NCBI RefSeq assembly: GCF_003704095.1
Contig: NW_020845264.1
Coordinates: forward strand, 1,426,001 to 1,490,000
Length of the DNA stretch: 64,000 bases
Direction: 5' to 3'
Origin: Pocillopora damicornis
Lineage: Eukaryota
In this document: positions 17,129 to 30,300 of the stretch, one piece after another
Layout: each line of letters starts with the position of its first letter
How positions within the stretch are numbered: position 1 is the first letter of the stretch
The notes under the pieces: generated by a model
Told to the model about the DNA's origin: nothing
The model's input: only the letters and a program-made list of their open reading frames with translations
Databases searched by the model: none
Translations under genes and position numbers: made by a program

Positions 17129-17889
17129 TACTGTTATCAATCATTATGACTATTGTTAATATGATGATTTGTTACTATTTAATTAACGATTGAAAGTCAG
17201 TTAGTAACTTTATTCGTGAATTACCTTTCTCTTGTACAACAAGATTCTCATAAATATATAGGATATGGCAGGTTTTCTGTTTTGCATGTGAAAACAACTC
17301 TTCGCCAATACTGCCTTCTAGCATCACTATACAACCTCTAGTTCTTTCCAATGGTATAAAAATTGTGCTCTATCAGTAGCCACATACAGTCTTAAACTGC
17401 CTATTTTTACATCACTCTCTTCAAAACGATTTGGCTCCACACATTAATCTTCCCGTAAAATACACTATATTACCAAAAAACTTATCATACATAGGGCTTG
17501 ATGTATCACAATATCTACATAATATAAGATTGATTTATCTTTCAGTATGAAATTCTACAAACTTGGTCTATACAAATTTAGCCAAAATTTGTTAATTACC
17601 TTGGAAATTCTGACCTAAATTTTGCGGTTAATCTTTCTCTTCAAAACTCATATCACACAGAAGAAGAAAGAAGCAAAGGAATCAATTTTCATTCAAACAT
17701 TATACCACTTTTTTGTTAAGAAAAATTTTTAGCAAAATACCAGTACATAATCAAGAGATCAATGGACTGCTGTGAGAGAACCATGAACCCGGAAATTACG
17801 CAGGAAAAACTCCACCTTGCTAAAGTGGAAGTTAACCAAATCGGCGAGTTATAAAAAATTGTTCGTCACCAATCGATAAAATGAATTAA

Positions 17890-18093
17890 CCCTTTCACTC
17901 CCAAGATCTCATAAGTAATTCTCCTTAGTGTTTCCCATACATTTCTTGTGATCTTATTTCAGAGAGTTTGGTGTTGGATCAATCAATAATCTCCTAGTTG
18001 ATAATTGTTTTGATTCTCATCACCAATCTGCTTGATATTGTTTAGAAATTGTAAGGAGAAATTCTGTCTTGGTTACACATGGGATTGGAAGGG
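17890..18093. mobile_element. piggyBac-type MITE
   Basis: TTAA|CCCTTTCACTCCCA ... TGGGATTGGAAGGG|TTAA. Confidence 0.85.
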
Positions 18094-18425
18094 TTAACAA
18101 CTACCAGCCCTCAAATGACGAAATCGCTTCCATAGCAAGTCTGTATTGAAACCTGCTTTAAAACAAAGCGTTAAGTTTTTCTGCTATCGACTTTCCCTGC
18201 TGAACATTTTCTCACAATTCATTTTTCCCTGTGGTTTATATTTCCACAGTCATTCAATCACAATTATGTAGTTTTTCTCGCTGTCCATTTTTCATACGTT
18301 ACATTTTCCCATAATTATTTTCCCCTTAGTTTTATCATGTCAGAGTTCCATTCACTAAATTGTTTTAGGTTACACTACTGTCAACCTATCGTACACAAAG
18401 ATAATTTCCTTTTCTTCCGTAGGAA

Positions 18426-21400
18426 TTACAAGCGCTCGTTTTTGTTGACTCTCAATGATAGGATCTTTGATACACTGAATCAGCGACAACACAACAGCTC
18501 CGCAGATGGTCGGAGCGCCGGCTAAGAAGAATAAATTCCGATATTTGCCTGTTGTTTCACCAAACCATCCTGAGGAACCAAAAAAGAGGGAGTTTCATTC
18601 AAATATTGAATCATTCATCTTCAAAATAGTTTTTTTTTTCACAGCTCCGACTGCAACAGTTATGAGACACATCTAGCTCGGAGAAGAGAAACTTACGAAC
18701 GCCGACCAACTCAGGACCAACTCTGTTAAAATATTAGTCTTACTAGGAAGTCATAAGAAGGAGGCCAGCTGCCTGATTAACGAGCAAAAAAGGACGTCGA
18801 ATGATCATTCATGGAAGCTTTAATTTAGGACTAATTTCAACCCCGAGAAAACCGTCCCGAAGAGAGATGGGATACAGAGTCTGGTGAAGTCAGAGACCCG
18901 TGACGTAACGCAACCTCGTCCCTTTGAAGGGAGACGAGATCAGGACTGAATCAGCCAGGCTAGTTTATAGGGAGGGAAAGGGCCAAGGAGACGAGGTTAA
19001 GTTCACTCTTACCTGCTGCTGGGGCACCAACCAACATAGAAAACGACATGATCATCAACACTGCTCCCCAGGCTACTGACATCTTTTCACGGTCCGTGCA
19101 TTGAAACGTCACGATGGACATGAGCCCGATAAAACAACCATCCAGCAGTCCAAGTACAACCACATATAATACGAGCATGTCATAACCCGCCGAGTAGATA
19201 GCGAGAAGAGGAGAAAGTCCGGAAAGAACCATGCAAATATTGTATAACTTTATGGTGTCCACGCGAGGAATGTCCGAGATTTTTCCGAAGATAATCTTTC
19301 CGACACCCGAACCAATTCCGATGTAAGAAAGCAAGAGCGAGCCATCCCGATGTGAGGAGCCCATCTCTTCAGCGACGCGAACCTGAAACAAAACCAAAGA
19401 CAAATTCAATCAAAGTTGTGACATCAATGATTGAACTCTCCACAATGTTGGCTGAACAATTCTTTCAAGCAGTTTCCGGAAAAATGTAATGAAACCAGTT
19501 GAATGAATTCATACGAAGATCTGTGAGGTTGTCTTCGGTACTGAAAATAAATGTTAAATTGAGTTTTGAAAGTATTGCGACATTTTTTGGTTCGAATCAC
19601 CTCGCCCTTTAAATTGTCAAGAAACATCGCCGGCACTCCACTTTTAACTAATCAGATGCTAAGCTAAAACTAATCAAGACTAAGCACCACCGTTTCCCGC
19701 GTTCACAATTCTTTGAGTTCTCATCGGCTTCCTCTGATAATTTGCTTCGTTCTGATTGATAGCTTGCGAGCAAGCTCTCATTGGCACTGCGACATGAGCG
19801 GCGAAGTCTGTGCGTTTCGAGCGTTTCCAGCTGGTGATCTATATGGGCGCGCAACATAATTTTTTGTAGCATCTCGTGCGACCTTTGGAACTGAATTTTA
19901 TCTTTTCGCGTTTTTCTCTTCTCTTGTAACATTGACAAAACGCGAGGCAGCCATTTTGAAATTTGGCGTCCTCGCTATAATCACCTCGCGTGAGCTAATT
20001 ATAGCGAGATATAATGCAATCCTCGACCAATCAGAGCAGGAGAATCTCAGTAATCACCTGAGCATACAAATTCTGGAATAATCACCATTTTCTTTGGACA
20101 CTTACCAAATGAACATGTGGAATAAAATATCCAAATGTTGCTATGGTTGACGCAACAGCCCAGATAATAAACCAATTATTTCTAGGAAAGCTAAGAAGTT
20201 TCTTCTTGAAGGATTTCTCGAATGTTATTTCTGTGCTTTTCACAAGTCTGTCCTTTCCGGTCTTTTTCTCGTCCAAAGGCTTGAACAAAAGCCCACAGAC
20301 GGTTATAACAAGAGCAAGCCCACTCAGAAAACGATAGCAGTTTCTCCATCCGAAGGCATCTACGATTACTTGCTGAAGTGGAGCAAGCCCAAGAGCTCCT
20401 AAATTGCTCCCAGACGTTGCTATTCCTGTGGCAAAAGAGCGTTTCTTGTCGAAATAGTACGCCACCATTACGAGCGCTGGGAGATAGCTGATACTTGTTC
20501 CAAATCCCACAATTATCCCGTGGGTGAAGTAAATTTGATTTAAACTGGTGGCGAACGATGACAGTAAAAGACCAATGCTGGTGAGAATTCCTCCAACTAT
20601 AACAACACGTCTACATCCGTAGCGCTCGCTGAGAAGGCTTCCGGGATAGCAAAAGAAGAACAAGGAGAACTGAGCGATGGATCCCACCCATGCTGTTGGA
20701 GAAGAAAACACAGTTAGAATTGAGCTGCATCCTACTTTGCTTGTCTTCCCTAAAATAAAATGTGCGGAACAAGTCCCTCCCTGTGCCGTCCCCCCCTTGC
20801 CACTGGGTGTGGTCAAATCATAGAACTTGTTGATTGACTTAAACAACTTGCCCCATCATGCGTGCCATCTTATGTGCTTTCTAGGGGGGGCTTTGCACGC
20901 AATCACGGCAGTAACAAGTAAATTTTCCCGACTAAGTAAATGACACTTGAGGTTGCCGGTATGACCCGCTAGTTTTTCCTACTTTGTTCAGCGGTCCCTC
21001 CCTATTTTGTAACAATGCACACATTTTTCTTTTGCTGCCAACTGAGGCACTGCTTTTCTAGGTTTACTTGTGGATTAGTTGGACACTGTGCACCAATAGC
21101 ACTGATCCTCGATCGATGACACCTCGTTCAACAATCGGTCGAAATTTGTGCGACGTAGCGACGAAGTGCTGATCAACATTGGGCGATGTTCTACGGCTGG
21201 ACACCCAAATCCCGCCAAAAAACTGCCCTACAAATCGTTCCGGAAATAATAAATTCATTTTCCTACCGATATCTCGGTCGACACTCGCTCGACAGCCGAC
21301 GCACTTAGGTTCTTTTCTTCAGACGTAAGCACGTACGTCAGGGAAAGACGATTCTGGAATAGGAAGCCATGACACTAATCTCTTCCGCCAATCAGTAAAT

Positions 21401-22443
21401 CAGCGAGTAGAATAACAAACGTTGGTAAAATTTCCGCACAGCCCCATACTATTGTAAAACAAATCTGTTTTCCCAATGGCAATGTATTGTTTTTGTCATT
21501 GTTTTCTCTATTCAAGAACTGAATGCATAATGTAGTATGGGGCTGTACGGAAATTTTACCCAAACGTTTATCTTCCAAATCAGAAAGCGGACTTTAAATT
21601 TCTCTGTTGCCAAATAACTGTTAGGACGTAGTCAAGGTCTTTACAGGGTTATGGTTTGCATGTATTTATACTCCCTCGAAATACTTGAAATAACTGACAG
21701 TGACATACACATTGACACCGGGCCAATATATAATTGAATTGAAACAAAAACAAAAAAAACTCCCTGGTGGTAGTAACCCACGCATTGTTAATTTGGGAAT
21801 ATACAATAAATGTTGGGGAACGGGTTTTTTACCGCAAATTTGAATTTTTATTTTTATCGAGTGAGATGAAAGGTGTGCTTAATTGGTGTAAACAGTTATA
21901 CAAGTGGATCATGGCGATTTAAAAATGTATCGGTGAAGTATCACAACTGAATGATCAAATTAAATATTCACCGCGGCAAATTTGTTAACAAGGAGAATAG
22001 AATGGCCCAGTTAACATCAAATTTACAAAGTATGACTGCCTATGTGGTTGAATTTCACTGTCCACAAACGATGTAGTATAATAAACTGAAAAAAAAAATT
22101 AATAAAATAAACCACTTACGCCTGCTGATAACAACAAATCACAAATGAGTCGTATTTAGGTACCTGTCTTGGCTTTCGATTCCTTAAAGTGGTCGAGTAA
22201 CGCAGCATATAAGACTCCCACAGTGTAATGCATTCCCAAAACCACAAATAAATCGCAGAATGCCGCACCACAAACAACCCAAGCCCAGCCACCATCTTTC
22301 TCTGTGATTTCTGCATCTTTAGCGGAAGGGAACTCTGAATTAACTGGCGCACACGCAGCGATTTCAGTCGTTGAAATACTTTGGTCTCCATCTGTTGGCA
22401 GTAGTTTGGTATCATACAAATCGTCTTCAAGTTCTTCTTTCAT
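18426..22443 (-). CDS. Monocarboxylate transporter family (SLC16/MCT) MFS protein; exons 22443-22164, 20692-20106, 19382-19013, 18569-18426
   Basis: Signature DGGWAWVVCGAAF, TAWVGSI, LSERYGCRRVVIVGG, YYFDKKRSFATGIATSGS, FGWR, GKIIFGKISD, GAPAAGWF; splice phases are consistent. Confidence 0.92.
21424..21560. mobile_element. MITE with 28-bp terminal inverted repeats and 8-bp target-site duplication CAAACGTT (Merlin-like)
   Basis: CAAACGTT|GGTAAAATTTCCGCACAGCCCCATACTA ... TAGTATGGGGCTGTACGGAAATTTTACC|CAAACGTT. Confidence 0.9.
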
Positions 22444-22837
22444 TTCTATTCGAGTTTACACAGAGAAATACATCTGTGCCTCGCACGTTCTTCGTTCGAT
22501 TGGAATCAAAATACCCTCCGGTTCGTCTCCCCGCGCGGATGATGGCCGGTAAGTGATTGATAAGATCGTCTGTCTGAGCTGAACTTGTTGACCTCTCCCG
22601 TCAGACCCTGCAACTGAGAGATCTCTTTAACCTAAGCTCTTCAGCCTGGTTCAAATGAAAATACCCTGCACAGCTAATGATTCGCTTGTCTCTTGTCTAA
22701 TATTTATGATCGCCTCGCTCCGACCTCCCTGCTCAGTTGGTAGTGGCGCCCCATCAAATAACATCGAATCTCATCAAAGCTAGAATTTTTTCAGGCCCCT
22801 AGCCTTATCCGATATCCGGTAAATCATTTGATTTCAG

Positions 22838-22942
22838 GGTAAAATTTCCGCACAGCCCCATACTATTGTAAAACAAATCTGTTTTCCCCATGGCAATGGC
22901 AAACAGATTTAATGTAGTATGGGGCTGTGCGGAAATTTTACC
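22838..22942. mobile_element. MITE of the same family, 8-bp target-site duplication GATTTCAG
   Basis: GATTTCAG|GGTAAAATTTCCGCACAGCCCCATACTA ... TAGTATGGGGCTGTGCGGAAATTTTACC|GATTTCAG; perfect inverted repeats. Confidence 0.92.
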
Positions 22943-24334
22943 GATTTCAGTTTGGTTGCCAAGAACGTTTCATTACCTTTCATTAATCGCCGGTTCACGT
23001 TTGTTTCACGTCGTCTCACTGTTAAAATAATGGTAACAATCAGGCTGGGAAAATAAATGACGACGACGATGTTCCACAGCGCGGCGGGGTGGTATGGGGG
23101 GGGGGGAGGGAGAAGAAGGTCTGGGTGGATGGGGGAGAAGGAGGTTTAGGTGGAGTGTCAAGGAAAATCATCAATGCTCAAACACTGTGCAAGGTTCCAA
23201 AGAGACACCCAGCTCATAAAGCTATTAAGGTATTTTCTATGAAAAGCGTACCCTGTTTGGCATCATTTACCCGCATAGTACTACTAAGAATCTCTCTCTT
23301 CCGACCCCCGACCCCCGACGAAGTGACGTAACATCTTGCGGCAAACACATGACAACTTGCTTTACGCGGATTAATACTCATGTAAGCTGTGTAAGGGTTG
23401 GGTCATATCTAATGAAGTCCGACGGAGAAGCCAGCTTCTTATGTTAAGGGGAACTGTAGCCATAATATTGATATTAGTTTTGAAAAATAACGATATAAAT
23501 AACACTAACAATAGTGACAATCAGTATCAAGTGTTGATGGCAGTTAAGTTTCGTATTTCGTCGCTGTATTTTTAAATTAACAGAACAATAATATCGTTCG
23601 ATGTCGTTTCGATTTTCGGGAAACTATCTCGAAATCTCTCTGTGAATCAAACGCGGTTGTACGAGAGAAAAACCAGCTGTTTATCCCTTGCTGATTTATC
23701 ACAAGATCGTAAAAACATCGACAGACTACTCGAAAGAATCGGCTGGACTCAATGATGCTTTGACAAGAAGACAAACAATATCTTTCTGATGCAAATGAGC
23801 TGGACTTGTTAATCCACATGACACTCATTAAAAATTTACGAGTTTAATAGGGGAGGTGTTTTCTGGTACTGCAAGTCTGTCAATTATTTTTGACGAAATT
23901 ACTTAAGTTACATTCTCCTTGAATCACAGGAAGACCCGAATATTCAAAGGAAAAGCTTTCACTGGCTGGCAAAGTCTCAAATTGGGTGCACTATTCTTTG
24001 TCTTCATAGCAAAAGATTTTAAAACGAGTACAGCATTCCCATTGGAACTTCACGCTTTGTTTTATAGGAATGTTTCATGTTCCTGTCCAATATTTTACTC
24101 CAACAAAGGTCTGGATGGCAATAAAAAAATGATGTTGTCATAACAACCGTCAGTCAAGTCAAATCTTGCTATCGTGACGAGTCAAGCTTCAGGGTTTTCG
24201 TTGGGTCTTCATGTTGGGTTTGAGGATGTGGAATTAAGTTTTAACAAGACTTCTAATGTAGTTCTTTTCCGAGTAGGCCCTTCGTCATAGGGCTGTGCAT
24301 CCAGACCGTCGAAATCTGTTGAATTGTCGGTACG

Positions 24335-27300
24335 ATGACAGGAACCCGAACTCATCTTTACCAGCGTGGTACATTTCGGAAATGCCGGTTAACTTCGAGT
24401 CGATTGGGTTTCATTCTGATTGTTCTTAGCTTTATTTGGGGAATGTATCTCATTCAAGTGCAACTGAATGAAAGACAATCGCAGTCTGAATACTTAAAGG
24501 AGAAAATTATTGCATTATCGAAGGAATACATCGATGCAGTCGCGAAGGAGAAAGGCTTACATTCATCGGAGTTAGGAACTAATGGTAGGTGGACTTCACT
24601 TCCTGCACGCGCGCTGCTCATTAAAGCAGGTGCCTTATTTCGCTTACAAACAGATTCTCGGCAAGCCTTGCGGTTGTTGCATCCAGAAACGTTCGGCGAA
24701 GTAATGCTTTCATCTTTTATTTTCGTTACCGAGTTTCACGGGTTTATTTAATTTCTTTGGAAGAAAATTAGCCTACTAAATATTTATATAACGCTTTTAT
24801 TTTTGAGAATAATTATGAAAGTTTCTGTCTTTATCTCCTCTTGGAAACTTCTTTCGCTGTGAAATTGGTACAGTTTCCTGTCGAGATATTTAGAACATTA
24901 TTCTAACGTGCATTCTTTCGACTTTGCCTTCTTTCGAATTTGCCTTTTGCGCTCCATTACACAAGAACAAAGTTTAATTATGAACCTTGAATAGCACAAA
25001 AAAATTGGACAGAAATTGGTTAAATTTAACCTCGATTGTTCGGCATATGATCAAGCGAAATCGAGCGGCATTTTCCCGTGGTTATTGAGGTGCAATAAGA
25101 TTACTGTTTTGGAGGAATACAACGGTCAATATTTTTGTTGACATTCGTTCGTGATCAATATAGTCGTGGGTGCAAATTGCCTGACCAACATTTCTCATCC
25201 GAATAAACTCAGTCACATGGTGTGAACACGCAAACAAAATAAAGGGCTTCCAAGCTTAAATGATAACCATTTATTTTCTTTCCTGCCAAAACGCTTTGCC
25301 ATTAATGTACTTTTAATACGCTCAGGCAGAGGAAATATTGCTTTTTATGGTTTTTGTGTATTCTGGTAACTGCCAGGGGCAATTACCAAATATAGGCATG
25401 CATAGCAGACAAGAGTTATTTTATTGGCTGGGTGAGTTGAGAGGGAACAAATTGTGTACATAATCTTATGCACATTTTTGTTCAAATACAGTACATCACG
25501 CTGAGGTAGTTAGTAATAATGCCTGAACTGACACAATGTCCTCACTGGGTTAAATGGAGACACAATCTCTCTGGAGAAATTGCGACATTTCTCAGCAATT
25601 CACCCAGTAAATACAGGCTTTTAGATGGCTACATTTAGATAGCAAGTTTGAAAAGATTTCTGTATAACCCCACAATTTTCTGAAACTAAGCTGAAGTCCT
25701 AAAAGCAATAACTCTTGTCATCAAATGTCACATGTGATGAAAACACATGTGACATGTGTTTTCATGCATATGCATTAAAGCACATGCAATAAAACACACA
25801 TGCATAGAGGTGCACATGTGTGCAGTTCCCATAAGTTTAAGCTTAATCTCTGTGCTTGTATCTTACCCAAGGTTAAAAGTGGCATTGTTTTTCAACTTTT
25901 CTGAAAAAAGTGCCATTTTATCTTTACTTGTGTTGTTGCTATTGTTCCAAAAAGTGAGAACTCAAAAGTTCTTGACATGTGCAGATGTTTGGGGATAATT
26001 AGTTGATCCAATACCTAATTCTCTGAACTAATATTACAAGAATTGTATGGTTGACAGTGACAGTAAGGAGAATTACAAATTTTATCTGGGAGTTAAGGGT
26101 TAAGTACATATGGTACCTATAGTTCTTTATTAACAGACCATTTCACATGGCTACCTTTAGATGCAATATCATGATATCTCTAGTTGTACAGTTTGCTTCT
26201 TGAGAGGTATTTTATAAAATAGATTATCTTAAAATACCTTCCACTGATGCAGCACACAGTTTCTTTATAAAGTTGCCCCTTTTATAATTTTTTTCTACAG
26301 GGGAAGTTGAAGTCCGTGAAATGAAAAAGGCTACTGCAATTCTTCTTCAAAATATGCTATCAAGGATAAAGAATCTTGAGAAACAAGTTGAAAATGTGAT
26401 CATAAACAGTACTTCAGAATTCCAGCATCTCACAAAAGCCATCAAGTCCCTAAACAGAACAATCAATAATATTACAAGAGTATCAGGTTAGCAGGAAACT
26501 ATTTGATTTTAGGACCTTACAGCATAGAGGGCAAAATTAGTTAATGCTGATTTCATTAATATTTTGTTAATTTCCACCACAGGAATATTATAGCAGACAG
26601 TAAAGACAATTATCAAAATAGGATTTTGAAGGCAAAGGGTCAAGTAGTCCTGTAGTGAATGAGACAATCTATTAGAGAGTCTTACCTCTAATTGGCCAGT
26701 TGATTGCTTGGCCTACATGTTGGTGCAGTCAGTCAATCAGTAAGTCAGTCAGTCAGTTGGTCAGTTAGTCAGTCAGTCTTTCAATCAGACAGTCAGTCAG
26801 TCAGTAAGTCAGCCAGTTGGTCAGTCAGTCAGTTGATCAGTAAGTCAGCCATTTGGTCAGTCAGTCAGTTGATCAGTAAGTCAGCCAGTTGGTCAGTCAG
26901 TCAGTTGATCAGTAAGTCAACCAGTTGGTCTGTCAGTCAGTCAGTCATTCAATCAGTCAATCAGTCAGTCAATCAGTAAGTTAGCCAGTCAGTAAATAAG
27001 TTAGTCAATCAGTTGTGTTTGCGGTATGGTAACTAATATTGCACTGACTGAAATTGCAGAAGAGGAAGGCTGTTACATCCCAGATAACCCTGCATATCCT
27101 GAATGTGGCAAAAAAGTAAATGTAAGTATATTGCAACTGTTTGTTTTACAGAACTGCCTTGAAATAAGTGACTCTTAGCTGTGCAGTTGATCATATTTAA
27201 AAATCATTTGCAGAGAGCAAAGTGAATATTGTACAATTAATATAAGGTCATGAGGGAAACAGTTAGTTTTGTTCTCCTGAGAGTCCTGATTTTTCCCGAG

Positions 27301-30300
27301 ATAAAGTTGAGGGAAAACAAAACTAACTAGTTTCCTGAGGGACAATACATTAACTACTTTGTTATATATTTAGACTTTCCCTTAAAAAATCATATGGCTA
27401 AAAAAAAAAACAAACATGCTGTTGTATTCAGTGTGTGGGCAACAATTGCGCAATTGTATCCTGGTTGGAATACATTTGAATTTGATCAAAAATCAACCAA
27501 TCACAGTGCTCATTTTGTGGAGTGAAAATCTAGGTATCTAAGAATGTTGAATAATCCAGAAACAAAGTTGAGGGATTATTCAACATTTATTCATTTATTG
27601 AGGCATTAAAATTTATTGTAGACTTACTCAGCTGCGCCTCACAAGCCCACAACATTTTGACCAATGCGATGATGAATATTATTGTCCATAAGGGTACAAA
27701 CCAGGCTTAACCACTGTCAATTTGTTAATTAGCTTTTTGCTATCTAGTTTTAGTGTATATGAAATTTGTTTTTTTTGATAGTGGATTAGAGAGCACTGGA
27801 AATCAGACCCGAAGTTTATTAAACATGGTGTGAATGACAGTTTATGTTCTATCCTCAATTATCTCAGTAAGGTATGTCGCAGATTTGTTAATTCTCTTCT
27901 TCTCTCAATTGCATGTTTGGTAGGATTTATCTTTATTAACAAAACTTATGTGGACAATGTGGCTGGAAATTACCCTGGCAAGCTTACTTCTTTTCTTGCA
28001 TCTTATAGACTTTAACCCAGTAAACTCCCAAGATCTGATTGTTAATTCTCCCCTCTAGCTGCTCTACTTCTCCAAGAAAATTAATTGTGAGAATTTGGCA
28101 TTAGATCAAGATATCAACCTCTTAACCTGAATGTTAAGTTTGAGTATTCTCCCAACCTGTTTTCTGGAGAATCTTTGGATACCATAGGGAAAAGTTACAT
28201 GTAAATCTCTTCTGGGAGTTAACCTTGTTGTAGTCCATCTCAGTGCAATTATAAACAGTCACAGCTTATTTATTGATAGGAGTAAAAATTAAGATAATTT
28301 TCTTGAACTGTAGGTTGAGCATTGGTGTCCCAAAGATTATAAAGGTCATAAAAGAAAATCAGAGGTGGAGAAATGTGTCATTCCATCTGATCCTGCCTTT
28401 CCACACTGCAGCGAAAAAGTCCAGGTATGTTATGATATTTTGTTAACATGAAATGATAGAGTTTATGTTTGCAGGCATAAATGTGTTTTGGGCCTGTAAC
28501 TTAGACTCATTTAAGCCTGAGCTTCAAGGTAGTGGTCAACATGACTCTGAGAATGACTCAAAACATATTTATGCCCATGAAAGTAAACTCTTCTAGTATT
28601 AGCATCACTTTGGAGAGTGTCAAGATTATAAGAACTGAAAAATGCCAACAAGACAGTCTAAACAATCATGCAAGGGTGCAAGAAGGCTGAAATGCATTTC
28701 TGCCTGCCAAAATCTCCATGTTAGTCCGCAAAATGCACCACATTGCTGGACAAAGTTATTATAATGTGTTTTTGTGGTGCTCAGTTCTCTTAATGTTTCA
28801 TATTATTGCTGTGTGTTCAGTGGATGCAGAACTTCTGGCAATCTGACATGAGGTACGCCAGTCACGGGGTGGATGGAAGTCTTTGTTCATTTCTGAAATA
28901 TCTGAGTGAGGTATGAATATTTATTGATATTAATAAATAAATGATAATAATATGTGAGGAGATATTATTGATCCAGATACATTTCTGGCTCTGTTGTGTT
29001 AATAGTAACTGAGACATCAGCTCATGACATGATTTATACAGAATATGGCAGATTGCAGTATAAAGAAATTTGAGTTGAAAATGAATCAAATTAAGATTCA
29101 AGGCAGCTGAGTTTAATTGTGATTTTGGAGGGGTTTAATGCAGCAGTTATTCAAGTGCAGGATTCATTTACAATCATTTTTTTCTTAAATAACTGAATCA
29201 CTGGTGTTTTTTGGTGTGATGTCTCACTTTTCTCTTATTAATTTCCCTGGATAGTGTAGATTGTTTAGTTGTACTTTAATTGTATTGGATCAGTTGATCC
29301 AATACCAAATTCTTCAAAATAACATCATAAGAATTGTGTGGCAGGCTACACAGTGAGGAGAACCGCTAATGAGATCTTAAGAATGAGAAGGTTAACCCAT
29401 TAAAACTTAAGAGTGCTTAGCATGTAATTCCTCCTTGTGATATCACCCCTGAATCAAACATTATGGTCACAAGAAGAAAGGAAATGATCAGCGACTGAAA
29501 AGCTCTTGATTGTTAAACAAATTCTCCCTATCAGCACCAGAGGAAGTGTGCACAGAACAGTATGGAGAATATGCATACTGATGTTAGAGTGTAAAGGGTT
29601 AACAGTCAGGAGTCACAGACCTAAACATCACCTCTTGTTACTGTCTCATCAGGTGGAGAATTTCTGTCCCTTACGTAGTGGTGGACATGTGAGTAATGAC
29701 TGTGAAATCCCAACTGACAAGGAGTTCCCAGAGTGTCCCGGCAAAATTGCTGTAAGTTTTCAAAGCTGCTACTGATTCTATTTAATATATGTGCTTCAGT
29801 CTATCCTTATTAAAATTACCTCCTACTGCGTGATGTATTAGTAATTGGTATTTAAACATGCCAATATTGGAATTGTTTGGGATGAATATTTATAAATACT
29901 TTTTTATTTATATCTAGTGGATGAGGCAGTTCTGGAAAACTGATAAGTGCTACAAAGAGGACCATGGTGTCAATGGAAGTATCTGCTCTTTTATTGTTTA
30001 TTTAAGTGAGGTAGGTATTTTCAAATGTGTGTTGCATTATGATAGGGTGTATGGTTTTTTGCGTACAAGTTAAATAAACAATAGGCTGCACTTTCCTATA
30101 GTTTACTGGTGTAATAATCCATGTGGAATTTTAGAGGAACACAAGAAACGTGTGTAACTCACTAGCCGGTGGCAATGATGTATTTAACTCTTTAACTCCC
30201 AAGATCTAATCAGTAATCTCCTTACTGTCTGCCATACTGTTCTTGCGATGTTAGTTTGGAGAATTATGTATGAGATCAACTTATAACCCCCTGACTGATA

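Noticed and set aside
19648-19938. 96-aa charged ORF inside SLC16 intron 2
   Set aside because: No recognisable domain or splice support; lies within repeat-like sequence.
20693-20846. N-terminal part of the 254-aa ORF
   Set aside because: Intronic read-through upstream of the acceptor at 20693; the SLC16 sequence continues from exon 1 instead.
26704-26979. 91-aa Ser/Gln/Val-rich ORF
   Set aside because: It is the translation of the (GTCA)n intronic repeat.
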